Under the pieces are notes generated by a model. The model saw only the letters and a program-made list of their open reading frames with translations, was not told where the DNA came from and did no database searches. A stretch of 64,000 nt of DNA from Camelus dromedarius (taxonomy: Eukaryota). The stretch is from positions 82,710,001-82,774,000 of the forward strand of contig NC_087437.1 in assembly GCF_036321535.1 (NCBI RefSeq), in the 5' to 3' direction. This document shows, in pieces, positions 13,386 to 25,564 of the stretch (the stretch's first letter is position 1; each line of letters begins with the position of its first letter). Position numbers and translations under genes: made by a program.

Positions 13386-13942
13386 TGTTATGAACTGAAT
13401 GTTTCTGTCTCCCTACAATCCACATGTTAAAGTTTAACCCCCAAGTGATGGTATCAGGAAGTGGAGGCCTTGGGGAGCTGAATGGGTCATAAGGGGAAAT
13501 CACATGATTGGCTTTCCTGGGAACCAGTCCCCAAACTTAGGGGCTTTCCAAAAACCACCTCTTTAACAAAATTCAGGTGTGGTTGGAAGGGGCTTGTTTT
13601 GAATAACAAAAGACACCTTCATTGCTCTATCACTAAGGAAATTACTGGGGCTGTGGGAGCTCTTCTCTAGGAACAGGGAAGAAGACCAAATGCATCTTAC
13701 TAGAACTCACAGCTTCACAGTGCTCTGATCAGAAGAGACACAGGAGCTTGCCCTCTGGCCCTCTGCTCTCTGACATATGAAGATGGAGAAGATGGCCAAC
13801 TGCAAACAGGAAGGATACAGACACTGGAACTGCCAGAACCTTGATCTTAAATTTCCCACCTCTAGAACTAATGAGAAATACATTTCTGTTGTTTGAGCCA
13901 CTCACTCTGTGGTATTCTGTTATAGAAGCCTGAACTAAGACA
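13386..13942 (+). mobile_element. MaLR solo LTR (MLT1A-like) containing a MER21-like LTR fragment
   Basis: tgttatgaactgaatg...aactaagaca; TSD catcc/cattc; insert ~13510-13718 (aataacaaaagacacc...gaagaccaaat) resembles reverse MER21. Confidence 0.8.
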
Positions 13943-14184
13943 CATTCCAAATGTAATGCACTCAAGATCATCTGCTTCATATTCTCACCTACATTTTAAT
14001 TCTTCAATTCGCTTTCCTGTTCACCAAGATGATGAAACTATTTCCACAAAACTCAGTGTGTAGAATCTTATTTGACTCTCTCCTTCACTCTCTGTGTACA
14101 ACAACTCTTCAGACACTCTTGTTTTCTTCCTAACACAGTTCCTATTGCTGTATAACAAACTAACCTAAAAACTGGTGGTATAAA

Positions 14185-14654
14185 TAGGATCAGAAGAAGG
14201 TTAGATGCAGCATCAAATCCTTATTAAAAACAAAAATAAACTTAAGAGGCCACACATTGTCACATCAACTGGGACTAGGTATAATACTAATTTCTTTACA
14301 AAATTGGGTAAATATTTGACTTCCAAGGTCATTATGGTTAATGTATATTCTAGACCTCAGAGGGCACTGAGATGGAAGCTTTGCTTGGGTAAGACTGATG
14401 GTATACTGCATCCTTAACTTGGTGCAGTCCAACTCTTAGCTGTTCAGTAGATAAAAACAATATTGATCTCATCCTTTGGTGATTTATATTCATGTGCATA
14501 ATAATAACCTCTGGATTAACTATTACCTCTAAGAAAACATTCAGGGCTAACACCATTCCCTTATTTAATTCTGAAAAAATTGAGATGTAGTTGGCACACA
14601 TACGTGAGTGTCCCATGAAATAAAAGTTAATGACAATTACACACACAAAAAAAA
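14185..14654 (+). pseudogene. 5'-truncated retrocopy of an unidentified mRNA 3' end
   Basis: AATAAA at 14619-14624; A8 at 14647-14654; TSD tggtggtataaa at 14173-14184 and 14657-14668; interrupts an old MLT1 fragment. Confidence 0.65.
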
Positions 14655-14685
14655 TTTGGTGGTATAAAACAACAAAACAACAGCA

Positions 14686-15331
14686 TGAGGTGTGAGGAGG
14701 GCCGTGTCCCAGGCTTTGGTTGAGCCCCTGGGACATGCCCCACCAAGTGTGGGTTCTTGGCTTTGTGCAGGAAAGAATTCAAGAGCGAGCCACAGTTGAG
14801 TAAAGGTAGGTTTATTTAGAGAGATACATGCTGCATAGAGCATACGCTGTTTCAAAAGATAAGAAGAAAGGCCACGAGGTGTGGGGGTTGGGTCCTCAGA
14901 TTAGAGTAAAAGTAGGTACACACTCCATAGACAGAGTATATGCCGTCTCCGAAGAGGGAGAGAGAGGGGGCGGTGGCCACGAGGTGCCTGCCATGTTGCA
15001 AGTTTTTATGGCCTCAGTGGCTTTATATGTTAATAAGTGGAAGGACCAGTCTAAGTAGCCTGGGGAAGGGGCTGGGATTCCCAGGAAGTCGGCCATTTCC
15101 CACTCTTTGACCTTTTGTGGCTAGCCTTGGGACTGTCATGGCACCTGTAGGCTTGTTATTCATCATGCTAACATAGTACAATAAGCATATAATGAAGCTT
15201 AAGATCTACTAGAAGTTAAACCTCCCGTCATCTTGAGCCTCAAGGCCTACTGGGCTTGAATCTTTTGTCATTCTGGTGTTAATTGCTGTGTTATTCCTTG
15301 AATGACTGTTCCCTGCTCCCTTCCTGTCTCA
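14686..15331 (-). mobile_element. Solo ERV1-class LTR
   Basis: On the minus strand starts TGAGACAGGAAGGGAGC and has AATAAA (plus tttatt 14811-14816); gaaagaattcaagag U5-type motif; left boundary approximate and no clear TSD. Confidence 0.75.
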
Positions 15332-15934
15332 AGGGTAGCCAGATTTCCTGTAGAATAGCTGGTTTCTTTCTGAGCAAGCATCCCAGAAGCAGTAGGCTGA
15401 AGCCATATGGCTTTTTCTGACCTAGCTTAAGTCTTTTGCTGGTCGATAAACACTGACTAGGACACCACTGACTTGTCTCTTCCTGTTTGCTTTCTGTATC
15501 TGTGTACGTGTGAAAAGTGCTTTGAAAACCATACAGTGTTTCACAAGAACAAGAAAATTTTTAAAGTAATAATTACAGAAAAATGCAGGTCTTATCTCAG
15601 TGACAGGATAGCTTACTGAGATCTCAATCTGTGTTTTGATCTTGTATTTTTCTTCTTTTTTTTTCTATCAAGGTAGCCAGTCTTCTGGTACTTTGATTCA
15701 GGGACATTATGGGACCAAAGTGAAATTTCCTGATAATTTGCCTCCTGTCTTTCATTTTCAAAAGTCTAGCCTTTTCGAGAAAATTATTCTGGAGGATTAT
15801 GAGAGAAAAAAACCAAGCGCCTTTTGAGGAGTGAGTAGGAGAACAGGGGAAAGAAAGGTACACGATGAGGCCCTACTTCTCCTCCTCTTAGAGCTTTCCA
15901 AGGGGGCTGCTGACATGCTAACATGGCATCTGTC

Positions 15935-16146
15935 AGGAGTTGGCAAACTGCAGCCCGTGGGCCAAGGCCTGTTTTTATAAATAAAATTTGTGAGAGGAAT
16001 GCCTCCAGCTGCAGTTATAACTGTAGTGTTGAGTAGTTAATGACAGAGACCTGTGGCCTATGAAAATTTTACTCCTGGTTGGTCTGTGTGAATGGCACCT
16101 CCTAGAGTTGAGTAGTGCAAAACCTGCACAACAGCACAGCAGCCCT
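15935..16146. mobile_element. MER58-like plus MER91-like hAT fragments
   Basis: caggagttggcaaactgcagcccgtgggcc...; tgtgtgaatggcacctcctagagttg...gcagccct. Confidence 0.55.
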
Positions 16147-16242
16147 AAAACTGCAGGTCCCTGGCAAGGATATCATCCTTACTGAAGCTGGAAACCACTT
16201 CAGATGACATGTGTGCTTCAGTAGAATCATATTCATGAGACT

Positions 16243-16771
16243 TGTGAAAGGAAAATCAAAATGGTGTCGGTGTTGCTAAAAGAACTCTCTAAAATGGAGC
16301 CAGGAGGCCGTTAAGGAGGTGTGACCTAGCATGTCTTGGCCTGGATGGAATCTGACCTTCTTATTGATGAAGTTATCCAGAACACCTGCCAGAAACTCAA
16401 GATACTTACCAGAACCTTACTCTAAAATAATTCATCACACTGTACATATCAGAACCCTACACTAAAACAACCTGTGATTCCTTAAGGACAAATATTTTCT
16501 GAGTCATGCCAGAACGAATCACAGTCCTCACCAGGCAACTTCTAACAAAGAACCTCATGGCTTTTTGTCTTTATAAGCCTCCGACTCTTTCTCTTCCTAA
16601 GAGCACACTTTGGAGTTTACCTGAATCTGTGTCTCTAGAATTGCAATTCTTTTTTTTTTTTATTTTGTACAATTTTTAAAGGTTACTTTCTGTTTCTGAA
16701 TTGCAATTCTTAGAACTCTAAATAAACTCTTTTCTTATTTGCAGCCTCCATCATTATTTTTTTGGTTGACA
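16243..16771 (+). mobile_element. Solo ERV1-class LTR
   Basis: TG...CA ends; 4-bp TSD gact; TATA-like ttataag ~16571; AATAAA at 16721-16726. Confidence 0.85.
16652..16697 (-). mobile_element. Extremely truncated L1-type 3' end inside an LTR
   Basis: Poly-T plus ttttgtacaatttttaaaggttactttc; 14-bp TSD gaattgcaattctt (16638-16651, 16698-16711). Confidence 0.7.
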
Positions 16772-16774
16772 GAC

Positions 16775-17420
16775 TGGCACCGATAGGTGCAACTGGTGTT
16801 CCAGGTTCTTGTCCCATCCCAGAAAGAATTCAGAGACAAGACTTAGAGGTTAAAAAGGTAAAGTGAGGATTACATTAAAGGATGGACAGTACACTCTCAG
16901 GGGAGAGCGGGCAGGCTCAGGTGAGCAGCTGCCCTGAGTTTCTTTGGCAAGTTAGTTACATAGGGTGTAAAAATGAATGGGCGGAATATTCACTGGGGAG
17001 GGAAGGGTTTGGGGTCGTATTCCCTGATTATCATCCCAACTCCACCTTCCCAAAGGGAGGAGGGATTTTTGTCCTTATTTAGTCTGGATTGGAAGTGTCA
17101 TGGCGTCGGTGCATGATGGGTACTTCTGATCTGCAAGGCTAATTTTATTGAAATGAGGGCATAATGAGTAAAAGGTTACATTCGGACACTGGAAATTCCT
17201 GCCTTTTCTGACCTTTCTTTGTTGGTCTCCAAGTCAAAAGGTGTGGCCCCTTATCAGCCCAAAGATTCCAGCTTTTCTTTCTCTGCCCAAGGATCCCTGC
17301 TGCTCACATGATGTGTGGTTTCCTGCATTTGGCCTGTGCCCCTCCTTTCTGCCTAATTCCTGCAATTTGGTCTGTGTCCCCCTTTCTCTGCTCATATCTA
17401 GCTATCTGCCTGCTCTAACA
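16775..17420 (-). mobile_element. Solo ERV1-class LTR
   Basis: TG...CA ends; 4-bp TSD agac (16771-16774, 17421-17424); shares the ggttcttg...gaaagaattca motif with the 14686 LTR. Confidence 0.85.
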
Positions 17421-17974
17421 AGACTATACATTTTAAAAGAGGATAAAATCATGACTCTCACACAAATCCAAAATGAATACATTAAGGATTTTATTTAACT
17501 CAGTAATTAATGAGGGAATCAGTAAGATATATAAAAACCAGTTCAAATGGAAATTGGACTTTCAGAGATTTATATTCTCTATCTGACAAGATTCACTTGC
17601 ATTGCTCTGAACCAGAATCATTTGCTTGGCTGCACACAGGAAACATTTGCAATATTACTAGTGCTCTACAAGTTAACGTCTGTCTCTATGGAGATGTAAG
17701 ATAACCCAGTCAAAGACAACCAAAAGCAGGAACAGCCTGCATGGATGAGGTAGCCAGAATGCCTACTAAATTACAAGTGGGCAGAATTTCCCCCTATGGG
17801 ACCAAAGACCACAGAAAACCCCCACAAATATGTTGCTTTTTTATAACTGCTGGGACCTTCACATGACCCCATGGAAGCTGGATAATGATTGAGATGAAAT
17901 GATTTGCTAAGCAGGCGTCTGGGTCTCAGATTCAGAATACCTTTGATTTAAAGAAAATAAAATGTGTTGATATT

Positions 17975-18456
17975 TGTTGACTGAAATAACTGCACAACCT
18001 AAAAGTTGAGAGTTGTTTTATTCGGTGGACAATTCTGAGGACTCAGCCCAAGATGACAGCCTCAGATGGCTCTGAGGGACTGCTCCGAAAGTAGGAGAGG
18101 AGCTAGGATATATAGGAGCTTTACAACAAAGACTAGGTAGTTGGAACATTAATAGATTACTTGTTAACTTAAAGAAAACCAGGCATCTTAAGTTAAAGAA
18201 TTTAGCACTTTTCTATGTATGGGAGGAAGCAAACATTTGGGCTCATTGAATTCATTCCTTTGACAAGCACCTAGCTATCTAGGGCCAGTATCCTGTCCTT
18301 TCTTATTCTGAGTCCCCTCAGGGTGCACCATTGTGAGTGGCTGCAGAGGCTGGGCTGCAGGCTTGTCTTCACTGGGGGGTGGCGGCAGCCGCTGATGACT
18401 TGATGGTTCCAGCATTCTTGGTTTACTGGTATGGTTTGCAGTAATTTTCGTTCACA
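17975..18456 (-). mobile_element. Solo LTR, MER41-like (artiodactyl type)
   Basis: TG...CA ends; TSD tatt (17971-17974, 18457-18460); cacaacctaaaagttgagag...gctctgagggactgctccgaa resembles artiodactyl MER41-like LTRs; minus-strand AATAAA at 18017-18022. Confidence 0.8.
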
Positions 18457-19004
18457 TATTTATCGTGCCTCTGAGTTTCTGAAATCAAATTCATATCTGT
18501 TGTATTCCAGTTCCTTAAGAACAGAGACCTTGTCTGATCTAGATCTGTTTTCTTAGAGCTGACACCAGGTAAATGGGTGATTGGTAAATATTTGCTAACT
18601 GAATAGAATGAATGCTAAGGAACTAGAAAAAATTAGATATTTCACATGGTTAAATACAACTTCATTGGGGGGAAAAAAAACCTCTAACTATGGACTATCT
18701 CCCATGTGTACTATGCAAATTCATACCCAGGTTCACCATATCCTGTGTGAGAGAAGTAACAAGAAGAATCTGGCATGGACACCTATGGGTTGCAGAGTGA
18801 GCCTGGAAATTTGCCTGTTTTCTAAGAAAACTGATAAAGGGAAGAGCTTCAAGCAGAAAATTATTTTCTCTTGTAGGAAAAATTTTTTGCTTCCCTGGAA
18901 AACTGCATTGTCTGGGCTCTAGAGAACGCTCTCAGAATTATCTGATTCTAGTCTTTTATTGTCCTTGAGCCCTTTTGCAACTTTCTAAATTGAAGATAAG
19001 TAGT

Positions 19005-19457
19005 TGTTACGGAAACGACAGACCAGTCAAGAAACAAGCACCACTCGGAGGGTTGGAGTACTCAGATGTATTACGCCGGCGGGCTCAGAGGGGCTTCTGC
19101 TCCAAAGCTCTGAGCACCTTCAAGATGTGCACATGAGGTTTTATAGGGTAAAGTACAAGCTTGGGGTATTTGGCCAATAGGCATGGAACAGCTTTAGCAG
19201 CATTATCATCACAAAAGTGGAGGCGGGGAGGCAGCAAACCAACATTCCAAAGCCAGATATGTATCTTTGAAAATCCAGCTGGCTAGCAAAAAACATAAAC
19301 AGCAAACCAACACTAATTAACTTAGATTTACAAGTTAGTCCAGCAGAACTCAGATCAGTATTCCAATACTTAGACTTTTTAACCCCTTCCCAGCCTCTCC
19401 TTCACATTCCTAGACCTGTGAGTTATCTTGTTAGACCAGCCCAGCTTTTCCTTCACA
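19005..19457 (-). mobile_element. Young solo ERV LTR
   Basis: TG...CA ends; TSD tagt (19001-19004, 19458-19461); retained CpGs; minus-strand TATA-like ctataaaa. Confidence 0.85.
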
Positions 19458-20859
19458 TAGTCACAATGTAAAATAAGTCTTGTCTATTGACATACAAATT
19501 GTGCCCTGTCCTGTAGAGGTTCAGTTGATTTCTCTTCCCCTACTGTGGGAAAACTGATTTTGCCTCCATCTGCACCTTCATTTCCATATTCCTGTTTGAG
19601 AAATGTGTTTCTTCAGATTCTCTTGAACTAGTTTATAACACCTGCCTGGTACCCTCACTGGTTAATGAGTAGAATAAAATCTGTAACACCTATTCAGTTT
19701 TATCTCTATATGAGAGTCACCCTTCTAACATTTTTTTAAAAATCATCTTTTAATACTCTCCACAACAGTATTAGTTTTAGGAGAAAGTGTACATGCAATT
19801 CGAAACATGAAAGGAAGGAAAAACAGTGGAAAGGGGACACCAAGCTTTCCAAATTAATTGGGAGTTGAGTTGGGAATAATTATTAGTGTACTATAAGGAT
19901 GCATTTAAACAGTTATGTACATAAAACATGATGCAAGTCCACTAGGTCAGCAACAGTCTTCAAGTAATACTCCGAAAACTGCCTGTAAATACATTGTTTT
20001 AATTATTTACCTCACTGCCTTGATCAAAATGTCCAGATGAATTGAATCCAAATGTCAGTTTCCTTTTTCTCCCTCTATTTACATGGATTTCTTACTTCCT
20101 GCTCATATTAATGCAAAGATCACACCAGTGTTAAACTATGTAGATATTATAGGGCTCAGTAATCCTCTTTGAGTCTAATAAGGCAACGCCTCTGGGGTTT
20201 CTCAGGTAAATCATTAGAACAGCCCATTTCCTCTGACTTACTCAGAAGACAGAAATAAATAGGATAGCCTCAAGTTTAGGTCACAAGGATCTTACCAGGT
20301 CAGCTGAATTTGATACAAGATACCTCTTAACTCTGGAATACATCTGCACTGTTCATTCTCTGGGGAGACTAAAAAGAGAGTCTCCTAGGGTAAACATTGA
20401 AAGAGCTTCCTTCTAAAGTATAATTAGTTGGAAAATAAAATACACTGGGAGAGAGATGCTCATTTGGTAAATAAATGCAGACTCTCCCCAGACACTACGG
20501 CATTGTTTGGACAAGAATATTTCAGAATTGAATCTGTGAGAAAGTAAAAGATGATTTCCTTGGAGATTTTGTCAGGCTCCAAAAACAATGCCTTATGTGC
20601 AAGAAAACACCAAATGTTTCCCTGGAGTTCAGAAACAACAAACCTAGTCGATTACTTCTTTTTAAAGCTGCATCGGTGGGAGAAAAAAAAGTTACAGGCT
20701 TTCACCAGTAGGGGGGAGTACAGTTCTAGGAAAAAGCACGGAATCTCTTCATGGTCTTTTTTCCCCCACCATTTAATTCTTACATGGTGGAAGCATGAGG
20801 CGAATGTTTCCACCTTGTCTTTCTCATGTACAGACTGTTGAACAGCAGGGACCTTGCTG

Positions 20860-21050
20860 TCCTGTGCCTAGAGCACAGCTGCTCCCGGGAGCAGGAAAGA
20901 GAAGGCCGGGGCGGGGGTTGGGGGGACGTAGTGGCGAGAAGGCTCATCTGGGAGCCGCTTGAGGCAGTGTGAAAGAACACCTCACGTGCAAAGAGAAGCT
21001 TTCCTTCCATATTCACAGCGCACTCCGTCCTCAATGCCCCAATCCAGCGC
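20860..21050. promoter_or_regulatory. CpG-enriched promoter/enhancer-like patch
   Basis: GC box GGGGCGGGG at 20908-20916; E-box CACGTG at 20983-20988; 16-bp palindrome at 20879-20894; local CpG excess in an AT-rich background. Confidence 0.4.
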
Positions 21051-21241
21051 TTATTCTGGAATCTTCACATTTCCTCCTTAACTCTTCCATATGAGAGACA
21101 ACCAGCCACTGTCAATCAACAGAAACCTCTAAGAAATAAGCATTCATAATGTGTCCTTTGGGAGCTATGGGTTTTTTTTTATTGTCTTGCTGTTTTCCCA
21201 CTTTATATCACCATGCCTTATGGCTTTATTTTCCAGCATTT

Positions 21242-21320
21242 TTTTTAATACATTCTACTTTTTTTTTTAATTTATTTATTTTTAAGTGAAGTATAGTCAG
21301 CTTACAGTGTAAGGTGTACG
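21242..21320 (-). mobile_element. Very short L1-type 3' end
   Basis: T-rich head plus tgaagtatagtcagcttaca; TSD ccagcattt (21233-21241, 21321-21329). Confidence 0.6.
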
Positions 21321-21794
21321 CCAGCATTTCTAACACTGCAAAACATTAGGAGACTGATTTCTGCAGGAGCTGTATCCTGCATTGGAATGACACGGTAAGT
21401 GTCACGGTGCTGCATGAACAGGAGGGTCCTTTTTCTTGTGAGACACTAGGACTGGAAAAGCTCCCTGCCAAACAAGCTTTAAAGCTACTTCCTCAGTCAC
21501 AGCAACCAGAGGTCGTGTTAGTCTGGGGAAAAGAAAGTGGAGTCTTTTGAGCAGAACACCAGGCTAGCACTCTCAGGTTAGAGAGAGATGGTGCAGTCCC
21601 ACATTATCCAGCCATCTTCAGAACTGAAAGAGGGGGAGAGAAAAAGAGGGAGGGAAGAAGGAAGGGAGAAAGAAAAAAAAAAATGGAAAAAGAAAAAAAA
21701 AAACCTGTTAGGTCGTAAGCTCTTAGAGGGGAGGAAGTGTTCGGACTCCAGAACCCATCGTATATTCTTCATGTTTTGTTGCACATAAATATCA

Positions 21795-22585
21795 TGTAGC
21801 AGTTCAGGTCCAATTAAGAGACGTAAACCACACAGTGATTTAAATAGGAAAGTTTAACATTAAAGGATTATGAAGCGATGACCAAAGAGTAGCTGCAAGG
21901 TATTTTCAAAACTGTAGATGGTACCCTAGGGCTGAGAGAGCTAGTATCTGAGGAAGGTCAGATTTGGAAAGAGGCCCTTCCCCCAGGGCTGAGTGAGCTC
22001 AAACCCCCCTGGAGAAGGTGAGGTTGTAGCCCATAGCATGGCAGGGAAGGTGACTGGTTTGCCTGGACCAAAATCTGGTCTATTGTCGCTGGGCGAGTAG
22101 GAAGCAATCTGGGAAGCAGGCTTGCCCCAGGCGGCACACTGACAGGCAGGGACAGCCCTCCAGGCCCAAGCAGGGTACAGGTGAACATCAGCTAGTGTCC
22201 AGGGACATGAGTGTGCTGAGGGAGCAGAGGTCATGGGACCAGGAAACCCAGAGTGCAGAGTTGTCTATGTTGAGAAGGATGCAGGAAAGTGACCACTACC
22301 TGGGCTGGAGCTGTGAGGGTGACGAGGGGTCACACATTCCAGGTTCCTGGCTGGGGCAGAGCACGACTCTGTTTTCACACACTCACACACGCCCTGACTT
22401 TGCAGTCTCTGCAAGCAGAAGATTGCCTTCCTCCTGCTCTGTCCTTGTAGCGCCCTCTACTGAGAGAGCTGAACAGCTTCCTCACTGTAAAGGAGACATG
22501 GTCACAGGAATTCCATCCTTTCTCACAGAGTAGATACTGGAGAGTAAATTTGGAGCTGACAGACAGTAAATTGATATGTGGTACA
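21795..22585 (-). mobile_element. Old ERVL LTR (LTR41/LTR50-like)
   Basis: ggtccaattaagagacgtaaaccacacagtg...gaaagtttaa at one end and atttggagctgacagacag at the other; subfamily uncertain. Confidence 0.55.
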
Positions 22586-23089
22586 TATGATAAGAAGCTG
22601 TATGTAATTAAATACCAAAAATGAGTAGAATGATTTGGAAAAAAAATGTTTTGTGTTTCAAAAGTTCTAAAATCAAGAGTCCTTCCAGGTATTGGTTAAA
22701 TAGATTCTTGGACTGGGTAGACGCTAACTGACCACTGAAATCAAGATTCTGGAGTCTAGGGTGCCAAGTAAGAAGTCGCATCACGGCAGTCTAGAGGGGT
22801 GAGCTCAGTCCTGCTTTAACAATATCACATGTCACAAGAACCCTGTGATGCAGTTATTAAAATCCCCATATTGCACACAAGAGAGGCTGGGTTGTTGAGG
22901 GAAAACTATGTCCATGGTGATAGAGATAGAAACTATCTGATTTAGAAAAAGTTAAAAGGACCTCAAAATACATTTAGCCTTTATTTCTGCTTGTTATAAA
23001 AATTGAAGACTTTCTACACATGAGGGGATAAAATGACCCAGGGCTAAAGGCACAGAGGAAAATAATAGTAGAAGGAAGGAAAGTCTGGT

Positions 23090-23300
23090 AAGGTGAGAGC
23101 ACGTGGCAGTGGACTGCGGGGTTGAAACGGGGGTTCTGCCACTTGGTAGTGGTGCCACGTTGAGTGATGAGTTACATCTCTCTCTCAGACTCAGTGTCCT
23201 CACTTTTAAGATGGAGGATGGAGTGAGGCTAAATGAGTAAAGGAATGTGACTCAGAACAGTGCCTGGCACAGAGTTTGTGCTATGCAAGTGTGGCTGTTC
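23090..23300 (+). mobile_element. MIR SINE
   Basis: ctctgccact-like, ctcagtgtcctcac and agaacagtgcctggcaca motifs. Confidence 0.7.
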
Positions 23301-23302
23301 TT

Positions 23303-23438
23303 CTTTTGTTTGTTTGTTTTGTTTGGGGGGGGGTGTAATTCGGCATTTATTTATTTATAGGTACTGGGGATTGAATCCAGGACCTCATACACGGTAAGCG
23401 TGCGCTCTACCACTGAGCTATAGCCTCTCTTGCCACCC
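23303..23438 (-). mobile_element. Camelid Vic-1-type SINE
   Basis: ggtactggggattgaatccaggacctcatacacggtaagcgtgcgctctaccactgagctata; TSD tgtggctgttctt/tgtggctattctt (23290-23302, 23439-23451). Confidence 0.9.
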
Positions 23439-25564
23439 TGTGGCTATTCTTAAGATGAAGAACTTTGTATTGCAGACATAGCAGCAAAAAGGAGAGAAGG
23501 AGTGAAACCCAAACAATCTTAAATTGGAAAGAGGAAGACCGTCACGACAGTGAAAACGTAGAGATTCCACATCTCAAGATGTCGGGAAGCATGAGGCTTC
23601 TCCCATTAAAGGTTAGTAACAGAATTATCCCACACGTCCCACAAAATAAGAAAGCACTTCAGCAGATATGGGGAGTCTGTTAGTCTCTCAGGAAGGTAAA
23701 GGCACAGATGGGTGCCTCTTGGGACACAGCCATGTAGAATGGGATGCAGTCAAGTTTGGGTAAGAAGCTTTACAATGCAGATTCTTTACATTTGGGGATG
23801 TTGGCTGGTTGGTTGAAACTTTCTTGACTCCTAGTGACTTTTGAAAACCTCTAACCTTATTAAAGATAAAAGAAAGAAAACTGTCAGAATAGGTGACCAT
23901 GTGCAGCCTGAGGCCAGGAGGGGACAGTCATGGGAAATGGCCGACCCAAGCCTCTCTAGCCTGAGGACTAAAGGGTGACATTTAATGAGCATCTGGTAGA
24001 GGCAGTCTCCCAGATTGTGGGTATTTGGTGAAAAAATGTTACTATTTTATCAGGCCAATTAGGTATTTTTTAAAGCCTATCTTGTATTGTTGATACCATT
24101 TACAAATCTTCTTACTTGGGTCTTTCTTATATTGTTGGTTTAGAATTTGTGATTCATCCAAACTTTACTCACCCAAGGAAAGTAGCCACCTGCAGTTCTT
24201 ATCAAATAAATCCACCCCTTTCTTGATCCCAGTGACCAGATTTTTTGTGTTCATTTCTGCTTCTTAATTGAGGGACTTAACGTCCAAACATTTTGCATCT
24301 AGCATTTAGCTATCTTAATGCACACATACTTATTTCTGAATATTTCTGTTCACTCTGAAGATCCATTTGTTTCAATGGGAAAGTTCTTGGTGTGTCCCCA
24401 ACTCTAATAAGATACTTTCCCACTTTGAACTTCTATTGAATGATAACACAATTGCACATGCTGCTTGTGAAAGATAATTGGAGTTGGTCATGCTTTCTTT
24501 CTCAGGCAGCCTCATTTTCTAGGAAGCAAATGAGTGGGATACAGGTCCTGCCCTTAATTTTCTCAATCCAACATGCTTGAAATGATTACATAGTCCTGTG
24601 TTCTACTAGGATGATTTCATCAGCTGCCTTATTCCTTATTCTGTAAGAATATTAAAAACCAGTATTTTTTCCTGGTGCATGTCTGTGCAACTACTTTTTT
24701 GTTCATTTCTGTTTTTCAATTTTCCACTAAAATTCCATTCTCTTAAACTTAAAAAATTCATCCCATTTATTTCATGTTCTAATAAGATGATATATTAATA
24801 ACTTAGTGTATATGATACATACCAAAATAATCTGCTTTCCGCATTGTGAGTAAGATATAAACATATACTTACATTTGGTTTCATTTCATTAAAACTTCTT
24901 ATCTCAGGGATCATTCTGTTGGGTAATTAGTTGGATATTACATGTATATAGCCCCTGATAAATAAGTCACATATATGAATAGGAGCCCAGAGTCCAAGCC
25001 CCTATTACCCATGGATTCAACTGCTTTTTTTTTTTTTTTTTCAAAAATGGTAAATTTCAATAAAGACTCAAACTCTAGGGTGGGTGCTCAGACAGGAGGC
25101 CCAGTTAGTCCATCTGAGCGCATCCTGTATTTTGAGCACATTTGTAAAGAAAATATATTAGCATGACAATTTTAACAACATCATGAAAAGGCATTAGAGG
25201 AAAATGCGTGAAAGCAGGATTCCAGCTAAATAGAAGAGGAAGTCAAAAATTGTAGGGTTTTTATTTTGTTTTGTTTTTTAAGTTCTCTTGTTGATTTTAG
25301 GAGCTTGCTGCCCTTCCAACCACCACTAAAGGCTTTAATTTCCCTCTCAACCCTCCTCTCCCCTCCTCCTAGGTTCCTTCCCCTGAAGTGAGAGCCACCT
25401 TTACCTCTGCCTCCAGTTTGTCTTGCCTGAAGTCCCACAGCTAATATATGTCAGAACAGGATCCAAACTCAGTTTCCCTTGGCTTCAGTGTTCTCTGACT
25501 AACCTTTAGGTCTATCACATAAATGCCCAGTGTGTGGCTGGCCTGGAAAGTACAATGCAAGTAC

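Noticed and set aside
16775..16792. TGGCACC just after an LTR, resembling a primer-binding site
   Set aside because: It is the terminus of a second, inverted LTR with its own TSD; no gag/pol follows
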